Positions 54,097 through 63,712 of a DNA stretch of 64,000 nucleotides are shown in pieces. Position 1 is the first letter of the stretch, and each line of letters opens with the position of its first letter. This DNA is from a virus (Duplodnaviria > Heunggongvirae > Uroviricota > Caudoviricetes), in the IMG/VR virus record IMGVR_UViG_3300025697_002467; one strand, 5' to 3'. Both the position numbers and the translations under genes were made by a program. The notes under the pieces are model-generated. The model was given only the letters and a program-made list of their open reading frames with translations, had not been told where the DNA came from and ran no database searches.

Positions 54097-54348
54097 TTCA
54101 ATGTTGGTCCTCCGTTTTCAATGCACATCCAATACGCGTTTTTGAGGGGGTCGGTACTTTCTTCGAAATTTACTAATCGGTTATACAGATGTGACCGGGT
54201 GGGGTCTCCAGAGAGGGGTGTTGTTATCACAGTTATAACTCAGAGGGATAGGTTGTTTTCAGGTTGTTTTCAGGTTGGTCACTTACAACTTGGGTTGAAG
54301 GACCGACCAACCTACGGATTTTTTCCCTAGCTATCAATGAGTGCTCCA

Positions 54349-54594
54349 TCACCACCCTGCTTGGTGTTCTTCACAAATGCAGTGACAGGAGCAAAACTCT
54401 CCTGCCCGTTCTTTCTTTACACAGTCTGTTATAGGATAGAACAAATGTTTACAGTGGGGACATGTCACACTGGTGTCCTCTGTAGCTTCGGTTACAGTGA
54501 ACCACTGATTACACTCAGGACACTTGACCATGATGTTCCCAGTTTCTGATATTGCTGTCGGTACTAAGACTGTCTCTTGATCCATATTAATCAA
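54349..54594 (-). CDS. hypothetical zinc-ribbon protein
   Basis: CPECN...CPHCKH...C-rich, 81 aa. Confidence 0.45.
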   Translation of the reverse strand: MINMDQETVLVPTAISETGNIMVKCPECNQWFTVTEATEDTSVTCPHCKHLFYPITDCVKKERAGEFCSCHCICEEHQAGW

Positions 54595-54860
54595 CCCTCT
54601 CTGTTTCGACCTGGATACCGTGCTGTCTCATTTCTTCCTCCAAGGCTATGATGTTGTGGTACGGACACTGCTCCCCTGGACTCCATCCCATACAGGATCT
54701 GTTGGCTGCCTTGCATGGTGGGGTAGTCCCCCTGACTCCAAGGGTCTGCTACCCAATCGTTCGGTACATGTCCGCAATATTTACAGTTGTCTGCCAGTAG
54801 GCATTGATGCTTCGACATGGTTAGTGCGTCTCCAATTCTGATGGTGGATAGTAACCACAT
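54591..54860 (-). CDS. hypothetical protein
   Basis: ORF of 89 aa with CKYCGH. Confidence 0.4.
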   Translation of the reverse strand: MWLLSTIRIGDALTMSKHQCLLADNCKYCGHVPNDWVADPWSQGDYPTMQGSQQILYGMESRGAVSVPQHHSLGGRNETARYPGRNREG

Positions 54861-55810
54861 AGTCTGGCCACCTCTCGTATCGTGACCATAGCTTTACCTA
54901 TTGAGGTACGGCTGATGTCTAACATCTCAGCCATGTCTCCGTGTGTGTACCCTTGACCAAGCAGAGGGACAACTCGTAAGGCCAGACGATTCTCCCTGGT
55001 AGGTCTGCTCAATAGCATCAGGGACAGGTCGTCCGTCATAGTAGATTGTTTACGTGGGTCCTTGGTATGTTTCTCAGCTAATCCTTCCGCTGCATCAGCC
55101 TCTTTCCATACTCCGTCCTTCATCATCTTCATACCTACCATCTCAGCCTTGGCTCGACGAGACTCCTTACGATGATAGTTCGATAGAATACACCGGCACA
55201 CCTGATGAACGTAATGACCAAAGGATGCCTTCCTCACATCGAAGGGACACGTACCCTTGTTACGGATCAAGATCCCTTTATATACTTCCTGCAACACTTC
55301 CTGCGGATCATACCCGGACCCAAAGATCCAATTCTTGAAACCTGCAAACAAAAGTTTAGCAACCTCGTGGCCTCTTTCGTCTAAATTTATCCCAAGTATC
55401 GGCCCGTTAGGAAACTTCTGCATATCTATCAGTGCTTGTTCGGCACAAGTAAGTTTTAAGTTTCCCTTAGCTTGTAAACTTTTAGGGTTGATAGTTAGGT
55501 TCTGAGTTGATTTAGTTTTACCGGGGACGATTATCCCGGCATCTGTAACGATGCCACCGGGTTCAAAGAGGTCGAGTACGGGAACGATTGGTTGGATGTC
55601 ACGTTGAGGCGGTGACCAGATTCCTTGTTTGAAGTACCGGTCGAAAGTCCAGTTACGAGCTTGGGGGTGACCGGTGAGATTAATGATTAGTTGACGAGCT
55701 GAGGAACAGATTACTTTTTCGTGAGGCTTGTGGATTTCGTACTGGCCGTCGTCTCTCATGTAAACTGGAAAACTGCCATCTTGATACCGACTGTATAATA
55801 ATCTCTCCAT
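54821..55810 (-). CDS. sigma-70-family (ECF-like) sigma factor with a ~170-aa N-terminal extension
   Basis: Region-2-like QEVLQEVYKGILIRNKGTCPFDVRKASFGHYVHQVCRCIL. Region-4.2-like TRENRLALRVVPLLGQGYTHGDMAEMLDISRTSIGKAMVTIREVARL. Confidence 0.6.
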   Translation of the reverse strand: MERLLYSRYQDGSFPVYMRDDGQYEIHKPHEKVICSSARQLIINLTGHPQARNWTFDRYFKQGIWSPPQRDIQPIVPVLDLFEPGGIVTDAGIIVPGKTKSTQNLTINPKSLQAKGNLKLTCAEQALIDMQKFPNGPILGINLDERGHEVAKLLFAGFKNWIFGSGYDPQEVLQEVYKGILIRNKGTCPFDVRKASFGHYVHQVCRCILSNYHRKESRRAKAEMVGMKMMKDGVWKEADAAEGLAEKHTKDPRKQSTMTDDLSLMLLSRPTRENRLALRVVPLLGQGYTHGDMAEMLDISRTSIGKAMVTIREVARLCGYYPPSELETH

Positions 55811-56294
55811 GCATCACCTCATTTTCAATAGGACTGGATAACTACATCTTCTACCCGAAAATCATTTTGATTTTCAAAATACATTCACAATTTTATTTTC
55901 AATGCGTGTTTGGATTTTTTCAAATATACACACTAAGTCCACACCTTTACTCCCACCTTTGAGAAAGGTTGGGGGGCTACGGGGTGGGTCGGTAATACCA
56001 TCATCAACAGGGTTCCCATATTTACGGGGGAGTATTTACAGCATGATTTCTTTTGTCTATATCAGGTCAGATACGATAAAGCAAGCAAAAAGGTATAATA
56101 GGTTAAGAAAAGGGTTATCTCTGTAACTAGTATTGATGGGGGGGTCACTGAGATTTAGGGATTTATGAGCTCTTTTGTTTTACCAGCATCCTCTTTTAGG
56201 TTTAGGGTACATAGAGTCTACCTATGATTGTTTGATAAGCAGGGATAGTATTCTGTGTCCTTTACGAGTTGCTTGTATTTCGTAAGCCATTGTG

Positions 56295-56915
56295 TTAGTC
56301 CTCCTTTACTACTATGAAATAGGTCACCCATACGAAGTCCCCATTACTATTTTGTTTGGTAGTAACATCTGTAATTTCTATAATGAGGTCATCTGATAGT
56401 TTTTCAAACGATCCTGTACGGGTATAAGGGTAGAGTACGAAACGGAATGGACAATTAGTATACTCAGGGTCAAAGAAATGACCCCCGAAGAAGTGAGCTC
56501 CGAAGCCTTTAGACCCTTCATACACTTTTACTGTAACATCCTTGAGCTTCTTTTCAGGCTGGTTATCAAACAACCGTTCAGTGCGGGTTAAGGTTCCTTC
56601 ACGGATATCCGAATAAACTGTACCTTTGTGGAGATTAGGGAACAGTTTCATAGTCTTGGGCGTGTCCTTAAAGTGTTCCTGTCCTGCTGGTGGTTCTTGA
56701 GGGGTATTTAAAGTTTTCTGGGCTTCTACTGTAATGCCTGCTGCCATTAGGAGGCTACTGGCTTGTTTAGCTCTGATATTGATATTATCAAAAATGTTGG
56801 CTGATGTTTCATTACCTAAAGATTTAGCTGTGTTAGAGGCTAATTCCAGGTCTTCTTGTACACGTAGGAGGTTATCTATACCTTCTTGTATTTGTTTTGC
56901 TTGTTCTTCATTCAT
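56295..56915 (-). CDS. hypothetical protein
   Basis: ORF of 206 aa directly downstream of the C5-MTase gene. Confidence 0.5.
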   Translation of the reverse strand: MNEEQAKQIQEGIDNLLRVQEDLELASNTAKSLGNETSANIFDNINIRAKQASSLLMAAGITVEAQKTLNTPQEPPAGQEHFKDTPKTMKLFPNLHKGTVYSDIREGTLTRTERLFDNQPEKKLKDVTVKVYEGSKGFGAHFFGGHFFDPEYTNCPFRFVLYPYTRTGSFEKLSDDLIIEITDVTTKQNSNGDFVWVTYFIVVKED

Positions 56916-57994
56916 TGTTTGTTCCGTTCTGTAAGGATGTTTTTAACTAACCGTGCTAAGAAAAAAGAAATCTTTGGTGGTACTGCATTCCCTATCTGTC
57001 TACTGATGGATCGTTTGCCGCCATAGAATACGAAGTCATCAGGGAAACTTTGAATCCTTGCTGCTTCTCTGGGTGATAGTGTTCTATTTTCAGTAGGGTG
57101 TATAAATCTACCACCTGTAGGTGTATCAAATCTTGTTGTTATTGTTACGGACTGTTTATGCCAATCCATCCTTCCATATGACCCACTGTGTACTGATTTG
57201 ATTGTTTCATCTAATACTGTATAGTTTTCACCTGTCTTAATCAGTTTCATTCTTTCAACAGCCGTTTTTGAATGTTTTGCCTGCCAGTGGTTTTTTATTG
57301 TTTTGCCTGTACAGGCTAGGTATTTCTCATAATTTGTTTGAGGTGTTGGATTATCTACTACTCCGTCTTTGCTTACAGTAGGTAGATTCCCGATTGCATT
57401 GTGTATGTTTACTGTATCGAAGTATGATGGGTTTAGTTCGTTCTTGGTTTGTTCCCAGAGTTTGTTTATGTCTGTATCCAGCGTTGTACCAATAACTATG
57501 AGTCGTTCTCTTTTCTGTGGTATCCCGAAGTCTGATGTTTTGATTATTACGGAAAATAGTTGATAGGGTTCATTGAGTGTATTGAATGCTTGTTTTATTT
57601 CTTCGAAGATTTTACCTTTCTTCATTGTCAACATGCCTTTGACGTTTTCCATTACGAACACTTTTGGTTTCACCATTGATACTATGTTGAGGTAATGCTT
57701 GAACAGGTAGTTTCTGGGATCATTGGTAAAGTTTTGTCTTATTCTGGCTCCGGCCATTGAGAATCCTTGACATGGAGGTCCACCGATGATTACGTCCTTC
57801 ACCTTGTTTAAAGGAGTTTTATCTACATTCTTGATATCATCTACGATCATCTTTATTTCTGGGTGGTTCAGTTTATAGGTATTGGCAATCATAGGGTCAA
57901 ATTCCACAGCTTTCTCTATGATAAACCCTTCTTTTATGAAGCCGAGAGAAAACCCACCACATCCAGCAAATAGGTCAATTACTTTGATTGACAT
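56912..57994 (-). CDS. DNA cytosine-5 methyltransferase
   Basis: DLFAGCGG (motif I), GGPPCQGFS (motif IV), ENV (motif VI) and QIGNAVPP (motif X). Confidence 0.9.
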   Translation of the reverse strand: MSIKVIDLFAGCGGFSLGFIKEGFIIEKAVEFDPMIANTYKLNHPEIKMIVDDIKNVDKTPLNKVKDVIIGGPPCQGFSMAGARIRQNFTNDPRNYLFKHYLNIVSMVKPKVFVMENVKGMLTMKKGKIFEEIKQAFNTLNEPYQLFSVIIKTSDFGIPQKRERLIVIGTTLDTDINKLWEQTKNELNPSYFDTVNIHNAIGNLPTVSKDGVVDNPTPQTNYEKYLACTGKTIKNHWQAKHSKTAVERMKLIKTGENYTVLDETIKSVHSGSYGRMDWHKQSVTITTRFDTPTGGRFIHPTENRTLSPREAARIQSFPDDFVFYGGKRSISRQIGNAVPPKISFFLARLVKNILTERNKQ

Positions 57995-58000
57995 TATACT

Positions 58001-59155
58001 TTATCCTTTGAGCTTTTTCTTTAAACGGTTCTGGTAAACTAGAACAGATTGGCAATCAAATCCTTTGTGGAACCCTGTCATAAACATTGATTTGAGAAGA
58101 TTCTCCCCGACATTGTTTGTTTTTAACTTGGGTAGGTGTTTGGTTTTAAAATGATTCTCAGACCGATCTTGATATGTAATATTGTACCGTATCTCAGGAT
58201 CATTGGGGGCATCTTTATCACATTCAGCTCTACCATCTTCGAATCCTGCAAGGAACATTTTTTCAGCTTGTTCTTCCCCTGTCTTTGTTCTGAGGAACTC
58301 TGGGACTTGTGGGTCTGGAGGGTTATCATTCTCAGTTATACTCTTATACAATCCAGCAAAGTGTTCATGCGGAAATGTGTCTAATGGTGGCAGCTTTAAC
58401 TCCAGTACCTCTTGTTCTTCTGTGGTAAGGACTACAGGAGCTTTCTTAGGGGCTTTTTGTTCCTTGGCTTTGTTACGTTCTCTGTATTGTTTGATACGTT
58501 CACTGTAACTGTCAAGGGAGTAGAAACTGATATCAAACTTCTTCAAGAGCTTTGTAAGTTTATCCCAGTCAGTAAGGGCATGAAGGAGCATCTTGGTTGC
58601 TTCCTCTGTAAAAGTGTAGCTCTTGGGATCTACATGGATATTCTTCTCCATGTAGCCTGGGTTATTTATATCCCATATTAGCCTTCGGGTACATCTATGA
58701 GTTCCATAGATATCGAGCCTACGTTCTTCTTCCTCTATCATTTTCCATTTTAACTCTTGGTGTATTCTTTCTTGGCAGTCTGCTATGAACTCTTGAAGGA
58801 ACTTTTTACGGAATTTTCTGGTTAGGCTGGGGTGTCCTTGGTATTTGTCGTTGTTGGAGTCTTCTTCTGGTTTATAGTGGAAGTAGGAGACATCTGAATA
58901 GCCATGATAGAAATTATGGAGTCCGACAGAGCCTATGGTTCCATTTTCTATAGGTAGATTCATCCAGCCTCTCCAACCACCTCTTCCTATTTCCTCTTGT
59001 CCTGTAAAAGCTACTTTATGGATATCACACATGTCCTCAAGTAGTCCTTGAACGGGTTGTATTTCTTTCTTGTATTCGGCTCGTTCTTCCGCTCTCCGTG
59101 CTGACCAGGCATCTTGTCTTTTCTCAGCTTGTTCTTGTGTTATGTAACAGGGCAT
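58001..59155 (-). CDS. hypothetical protein upstream of the C5-MTase
   Basis: ORF of 384 aa; no catalytic motif recognised. Confidence 0.55.
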   Translation of the reverse strand: MPCYITQEQAEKRQDAWSARRAEERAEYKKEIQPVQGLLEDMCDIHKVAFTGQEEIGRGGWRGWMNLPIENGTIGSVGLHNFYHGYSDVSYFHYKPEEDSNNDKYQGHPSLTRKFRKKFLQEFIADCQERIHQELKWKMIEEEERRLDIYGTHRCTRRLIWDINNPGYMEKNIHVDPKSYTFTEEATKMLLHALTDWDKLTKLLKKFDISFYSLDSYSERIKQYRERNKAKEQKAPKKAPVVLTTEEQEVLELKLPPLDTFPHEHFAGLYKSITENDNPPDPQVPEFLRTKTGEEQAEKMFLAGFEDGRAECDKDAPNDPEIRYNITYQDRSENHFKTKHLPKLKTNNVGENLLKSMFMTGFHKGFDCQSVLVYQNRLKKKLKG

Positions 59156-59370
59156 TATCTTCTCCTTTTATCACATTTTCTTTTCAGGTCATTTGGATGA
59201 ATACATTTCAGTTCTTTCATGTGTTCCTGAGTACGGTCTCCATAGTCAATAACTTGATCCAGAAATTTTTTACCTTCTGGGGTTGAGAAAAGGGATTTGA
59301 GTGTTCTTTTCTTCATCCTAATCCTTGTGCTTGTTCGATGTATCTCCATTGTGTGACTGTGTAGCCCCAT
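59155..59370 (-). CDS. hypothetical basic protein
   Basis: ORF of 71 aa. Confidence 0.35.
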   Translation of the reverse strand: MGLHSHTMEIHRTSTRIRMKKRTLKSLFSTPEGKKFLDQVIDYGDRTQEHMKELKCIHPNDLKRKCDKRRR

Positions 59371-59654
59371 TTGTTTATTTTGCCATAGATACTAGAGAGC
59401 CATTGACCATCTTCATAGCAGCCGTGTTCTATTGATCTTGTATCAAGATCAATTTCGACCTTCATGTTCTCTGGCGGGGTCTTGTCATCTGGGTTGATCC
59501 ATCCATCGTTGTCGTCTGGTATTCCCTTGGTTGTTTTACGATCACATTCAGGGCAATAGAGGTCTGTTTTACCTTGTGGTTCAAAGGAGCTGTTACATTT
59601 GACGCAGGTTCCTTTTGTCCAGTTGATATATTTCCAAAATTGTTCTTCTTTCAT
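59313..59654 (-). CDS. hypothetical zinc-ribbon protein
   Basis: CVKCN...CPECD in 113 aa. Confidence 0.45.
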   Translation of the reverse strand: MKEEQFWKYINWTKGTCVKCNSSFEPQGKTDLYCPECDRKTTKGIPDDNDGWINPDDKTPPENMKVEIDLDTRSIEHGCYEDGQWLSSIYGKINKWGYTVTQWRYIEQAQGLG

Positions 59655-59721
59655 GTCTGATCCTATCCTTGATTATAGTTTTTAATAGCTGCTGATTCTT
59701 TTATTGTGTATGGGTCTTATA

Positions 59722-59976
59722 TCAATGTTTTTCTTTTAGTTCCAGTCTGAAAACATTTGTTAGATGCTTGACACATTGGTAATTGCAAAGATCTCTATAA
59801 AATTTAACGGCACATCTTTTGTAACAGCATACCGGAATGGTATCCCAATTCTTTTCTTTTTCTACTTCGGTCTTACACAGAATAATTGAATCTTTACCAT
59901 ACTGCTCGGCCTCTTTGTGCATTTCACCGCAGGAACACATTAGGAAAGCCATTATTAAAATCATAAAATATCTCAT
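59722..59976 (-). CDS. putative lipoprotein, Cys-rich
   Basis: Signal peptide with a lipobox-like LMCSCG; 84 aa. Confidence 0.45.
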   Translation of the reverse strand: MRYFMILIMAFLMCSCGEMHKEAEQYGKDSIILCKTEVEKEKNWDTIPVCCYKRCAVKFYRDLCNYQCVKHLTNVFRLELKEKH

Positions 59977-59992
59977 TGTTTTCGGTCCTTTC

Positions 59993-60433
59993 TTATCTAA
60001 ATCCGGGGTATCGGTATCTCTTATGCTTCTTCACAGGGTTTGGGTGTCCTAAACAGCCTAGAAGGAATGTATCTGAGTTGTTTCTTTTACCCATTAGTTT
60101 TTTGTTATCTTCATAGAGGGCAGTTCCGATCCATACGCAGCATTGTTGTATTTCTTTATGTGAGCATTGGGTGCATTCTATGTCTTTGAGGGAGCTTTGG
60201 ATCACTTCATACTCTGATGATCCTATGTCTGTGTATTGAGTTCCTGCACATATGTTACGTGTTATGACTCCCAAGTCATAATGCTTGTCTAATTCTCCTA
60301 CACGTAAGGTTGGCAGGTTTATTAAAAACAAGTATAATAGCCACATAACCCCTAAGACGATAAATAGGATAAGAAGGTTACCGAACCAGTCATTTTTTCT
60401 TTTCTTTTCAGTCATTGTTATTATATGTTTCAT
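59993..60433 (-). CDS. membrane-anchored hypothetical protein
   Basis: N-terminal transmembrane helix; Cys-rich ectodomain. Confidence 0.5.
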   Translation of the reverse strand: MKHIITMTEKKRKNDWFGNLLILFIVLGVMWLLYLFLINLPTLRVGELDKHYDLGVITRNICAGTQYTDIGSSEYEVIQSSLKDIECTQCSHKEIQQCCVWIGTALYEDNKKLMGKRNNSDTFLLGCLGHPNPVKKHKRYRYPGFR

Positions 60434-60690
60434 AACGTCCTTACCATTTTCTCATAGGAGTCCATAGTCACTGCCATGGTTTTTATTTCTTTTTGAAGGG
60501 CTTCTTCATTTGACTTTGCCTTTTTTCTTATTTTTTCAAGCCTTTTTATGTCATCAGACAGAGATTTCCCGTCGGTGTCATCTTGAATCATACTTTCATA
60601 TTCCCATGAAATTACTTCATCGACTGCTATTTCTAATTCCTTAAGTCGTTGAAGTAACTCTTTATTTTTATTTTTTAATAAGTTTATCAT
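60430..60690 (-). CDS. hypothetical coiled-coil protein
   Basis: ORF of 86 aa. Confidence 0.45.
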   Translation of the reverse strand: MINLLKNKNKELLQRLKELEIAVDEVISWEYESMIQDDTDGKSLSDDIKRLEKIRKKAKSNEEALQKEIKTMAVTMDSYEKMVRTL

Positions 60691-61052
60691 TTGACCTTTA
60701 TCCCCTTGGATAATCGTCTTTCCAAGGTTAGAGTAGGAATATTAACATTATCCTTAACATCTATACAAATACGTCCTTTACCATCAGGAGTGTACAACCA
60801 AGCATTAAGCTTTAAATAACTATTGTTTTTATAACATACTTCTGTTGCTTGTTTAGAGAATAGCTCTTTCACGTTCCAAGGCTCTACAACTAACTGAGAA
60901 AACAGAAAACCAGCTATAAATATAACCACTACAACCATTACAGTACCTAATGGGCAGCATTTTTTATTATTTGTCATCATTTTCCCCATCGTTGATGAAC
61001 TCTGGACCTTCTGGGTGTACCAGAGGATTATAGAATCCGCACCTTGGCCCAT
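60687..61052 (-). CDS. membrane protein
   Basis: Transmembrane helix; 121 aa. Confidence 0.45.
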   Translation of the reverse strand: MGQGADSIILWYTQKVQSSSTMGKMMTNNKKCCPLGTVMVVVVIFIAGFLFSQLVVEPWNVKELFSKQATEVCYKNNSYLKLNAWLYTPDGKGRICIDVKDNVNIPTLTLERRLSKGIKVK

Positions 61053-61191
61053 CTATCTCATGACAGACACATTTTTCTGGAGTTTCCGTCCACATACATC
61101 CGCCACAATCTCTTATATCAAGACAGGTCAGTTTAGTTTTCCAGTCCTTTGGTAATGTTTTATACCTCATAAGTAGCCTCTTTACTTTCAC
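60967..61191 (-). CDS. hypothetical Cys-rich protein
   Basis: ORF of 74 aa overlapping its neighbour. Confidence 0.35.
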   Translation of the reverse strand: MKVKRLLMRYKTLPKDWKTKLTCLDIRDCGGCMWTETPEKCVCHEIDGPRCGFYNPLVHPEGPEFINDGENDDK

Positions 61192-61796
61192 TAAATCAGA
61201 AAAAAATTCATTCCACTACTGACAAGAACCAGACTGCTATTTTTCCAGTTTGTAAAACGGGTCAGCATGTTGTCCCACAACGAGGACTTAGGTTCTGTTT
61301 GGGTCTTTTCTGGAAAAAAGATAATAGAACAAATATCTTCGTTAAACACTTTGGGTTTATTTATCATTGGCTTAATTGGTGTAGTTGGTTTAGGCCAAAT
61401 AACTTTTCTTTTTTCTTTTTCTCTCCATCGGAGGGTTCTAAGAAAACACTGTTCGGCTTTTCCGTAAACCTCACAGTGTTCTGCTGCAGAACCAGCCACA
61501 GCAGCAGCATGGACGGCAGTTCCAGAGTCAGCTACTTCAAACACTTCAAGATATGTCCAGTCAATAGGGATGTCTCCATAAACGAAAATAGCCAAACCCC
61601 TATCCTTAGTACTCACGATCCAATTGTCAGATTGGATTTTCCTACCCCCTTTCAGACCCCTGACCATGTGGTTGTTGCCTACCTGTAGGAATGGGGTAGC
61701 TATGGGGATTCCGTGTTTAAGACCTCTCCAAATATGGTCTCCAACTTGAGGGATGTCTAAGAGTTCATAGGTTTTTGGTAGTCTGCATTTTATCAT
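61191..61796 (-). CDS. hypothetical protein
   Basis: Start moved to the internal Met MIKCRLPK (RBS aaggagcaaactatg), because the listed start lies inside the promoter motif. Confidence 0.5.
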   Translation of the reverse strand: MIKCRLPKTYELLDIPQVGDHIWRGLKHGIPIATPFLQVGNNHMVRGLKGGRKIQSDNWIVSTKDRGLAIFVYGDIPIDWTYLEVFEVADSGTAVHAAAVAGSAAEHCEVYGKAEQCFLRTLRWREKEKRKVIWPKPTTPIKPMINKPKVFNEDICSIIFFPEKTQTEPKSSLWDNMLTRFTNWKNSSLVLVSSGMNFFLI

Positions 61797-61810
61797 AGTT
61801 TGCTCCTTCT

Positions 61811-61845
61811 TACTACAACAACCCACAACTTTCAGAAACTAAGCT
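61811..61845 (-). promoter_or_regulatory. conserved promoter-like motif, copy 11
   Basis: Directly upstream of the RBS of the gene starting at 61796. Confidence 0.45.
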
Positions 61846-62464
61846 AATCCAAGTCTGGTGGTGTCCAGACCGTATGGGGATATAGTAGTCCTTCTGGCAA
61901 ATGTATCAACTGTTCTCTCTTGATCGAACGAGACCAATCAAAATATTTCTTTTCAGGGTGTATCCAAGCTCTAGGGTACGAGACAAGTGTACTCCCTTCA
62001 TGTAAGACTTTACCCTTTGGTACTCCAAGGGAGGTTTTCGTTGGATTCAGGCAAACTGCCAGACCTTTAGGAATAATGACTCTGAATCCATTCATGCTGA
62101 TAACATACTCACAGGTTGTGAGCCACAGGCTGAAATGAACCAGTTCAGGGTCTTCATTTTCAGTTACTTCAAAGTAATCGTTCAGGAGTTTAACTCCATA
62201 GATGTGAATGTCATCAGCAGGGTGTATTTTCTGGTCTCCCCATTGTTTAGCTGGTATTTTATCATAATAGATACCGAACTCCGGTGTAGGGGGTGCAGGA
62301 CGTTGAAAATAGACGTGGGTATGTGTGTGTGTGGATATAATGTTGATCGTCGTTCCTAGACCGTCTAAGACCCCTTTTGAGTGATTTGGGGCAGGGTATG
62401 TCCAGTCCTTCGGATGAACCCATGGAAAGAAGGATTGGAATCCTGTTGGATCGTTATTTGACAT
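61844..62464 (-). CDS. hypothetical protein
   Basis: ORF of 206 aa containing an HTHTHV stretch encoded by an (AC)n microsatellite. Confidence 0.5.
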   Translation of the reverse strand: MSNNDPTGFQSFFPWVHPKDWTYPAPNHSKGVLDGLGTTINIISTHTHTHVYFQRPAPPTPEFGIYYDKIPAKQWGDQKIHPADDIHIYGVKLLNDYFEVTENEDPELVHFSLWLTTCEYVISMNGFRVIIPKGLAVCLNPTKTSLGVPKGKVLHEGSTLVSYPRAWIHPEKKYFDWSRSIKREQLIHLPEGLLYPHTVWTPPDLD

Positions 62465-62714
62465 GTTTTTCGGCCCCTCTGTTTAGTTCCAATCTTGATC
62501 TCATTATGGCTCTCAGAGAGCTTTCGATACTTTTCGTAAAGAACTCAATCATAATTTCTGCTACTGCACCCCCTCTTATTTCCCAGAACTCCTGTTGTTT
62601 TTGGTACCTGATGATATCTTGTTCATTGTATCTGATAAAAGCATTGATTCTTTCTTCATCAGATTTGCTTGAGTCTTGAAACAGCAGGTAATCTTCAGAT
62701 AGTTGTGTTGTCAT
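62454..62714 (-). CDS. hypothetical protein
   Basis: ORF of 86 aa. Confidence 0.4.
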   Translation of the reverse strand: MTTQLSEDYLLFQDSSKSDEERINAFIRYNEQDIIRYQKQQEFWEIRGGAVAEIMIEFFTKSIESSLRAIMRSRLELNRGAEKHVK

Positions 62715-62977
62715 GACTGTTTCCTTTTGATTGAGGCTTCAGCAAACTCTACATCGTTAATAAGGTTTTTATAAGAAAATCTTATGTTGAAGTCAGATGT
62801 GAGGTGGATGTCTTCATGATCTATGTCAAAACTATTGCAGGTTAGTAAGAGCCAACCAAGGTCTTTTACCATGCTGCCTGTTCCTTTAAGGGCAAAGACT
62901 CTAGCAGCTAATGCTGGGAGTTTTTTACCGATTGTTTTCATGCTGTCAAAGTATTTTATAATTCCTGCTTCGTTCAT
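62711..62977 (-). CDS. hypothetical protein
   Basis: ORF of 88 aa preceded by the promoter motif and RBS aaaaggagaacaatcatg. Confidence 0.45.
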   Translation of the reverse strand: MNEAGIIKYFDSMKTIGKKLPALAARVFALKGTGSMVKDLGWLLLTCNSFDIDHEDIHLTSDFNIRFSYKNLINDVEFAEASIKRKQS

Positions 62978-62993
62978 GATTGTTCTCCTTTTC

Positions 62994-63029
62994 TTACTTC
63001 AACAACCCACAATAAAGAGAAACTAAGCC
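62994..63029 (-). promoter_or_regulatory. conserved promoter-like motif, copy 12
   Basis: About 20 nt upstream of the ATG at 62977. Confidence 0.45.
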
Positions 63030-63039
63030 AGAAAAGAAA

Positions 63040-63372
63040 TTATTTGATTTCGTAAAGTTCCACCCATTCTGTTTTGATCCAGAATTTCCATTTAGGAACA
63101 CGTTTAACGGCCATGAATAATATGTCTGAGTTGTTGTAGAGGTCATCAAAGACATCATAAGCTGCCTGGAATGCTGCCTCAGCATCGTTCATGGTGTCGT
63201 AGCGGGTTGCGTTATCAAGACCCCATATGAAATCATAGCCTTTCCTGTAAAAGTCGTTGGGGTGGTGATTTGGGTCGTATTTCAGGTATGTCGGAGTGTC
63301 ATACCTGCCGGTTAAGCTCTTGATAATGATGGTTTCCTGTTTCATTATGATCTTTCCTTTTGCATTACTCAA
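63040..63372 (-). CDS. hypothetical protein
   Basis: ORF of 110 aa. Confidence 0.5.
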   Translation of the reverse strand: MSNAKGKIIMKQETIIIKSLTGRYDTPTYLKYDPNHHPNDFYRKGYDFIWGLDNATRYDTMNDAEAAFQAAYDVFDDLYNNSDILFMAVKRVPKWKFWIKTEWVELYEIK

Positions 63373-63712
63373 TCAGTTCAGCTTTTTCTTTTGTAATAGC
63401 TGCCAAACATTTGCTTTCACACATTTCCTGATCTTTTTTTGATGTATAGAGCAGCCATATATCTGAACATTCACCTTTACAGCATGAGGTAGTGTATTTA
63501 GATTCGAGGCATTGATATATAACTCGTGACATTTTCTGATTGATATTGTTTTCGAGCAGTTCATTAAACGTCTGGTCCATATCCAGACTATTTAGAGCTT
63601 TGCTGCATTTCTTGATGCCCACTGCTACCACAATTATCAGTGCTATAACTACAAGTATTGATGCAATAGTTACAACCCAGTCTTTTATTGATTTTTTTGT
63701 TTCTTTAGTCAT
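63365..63712 (-). CDS. membrane-anchored hypothetical protein
   Basis: N-terminal transmembrane helix; preceded by the promoter motif. Confidence 0.5.
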   Translation of the reverse strand: MTKETKKSIKDWVVTIASILVVIALIIVVAVGIKKCSKALNSLDMDQTFNELLENNINQKMSRVIYQCLESKYTTSCCKGECSDIWLLYTSKKDQEMCESKCLAAITKEKAELIE

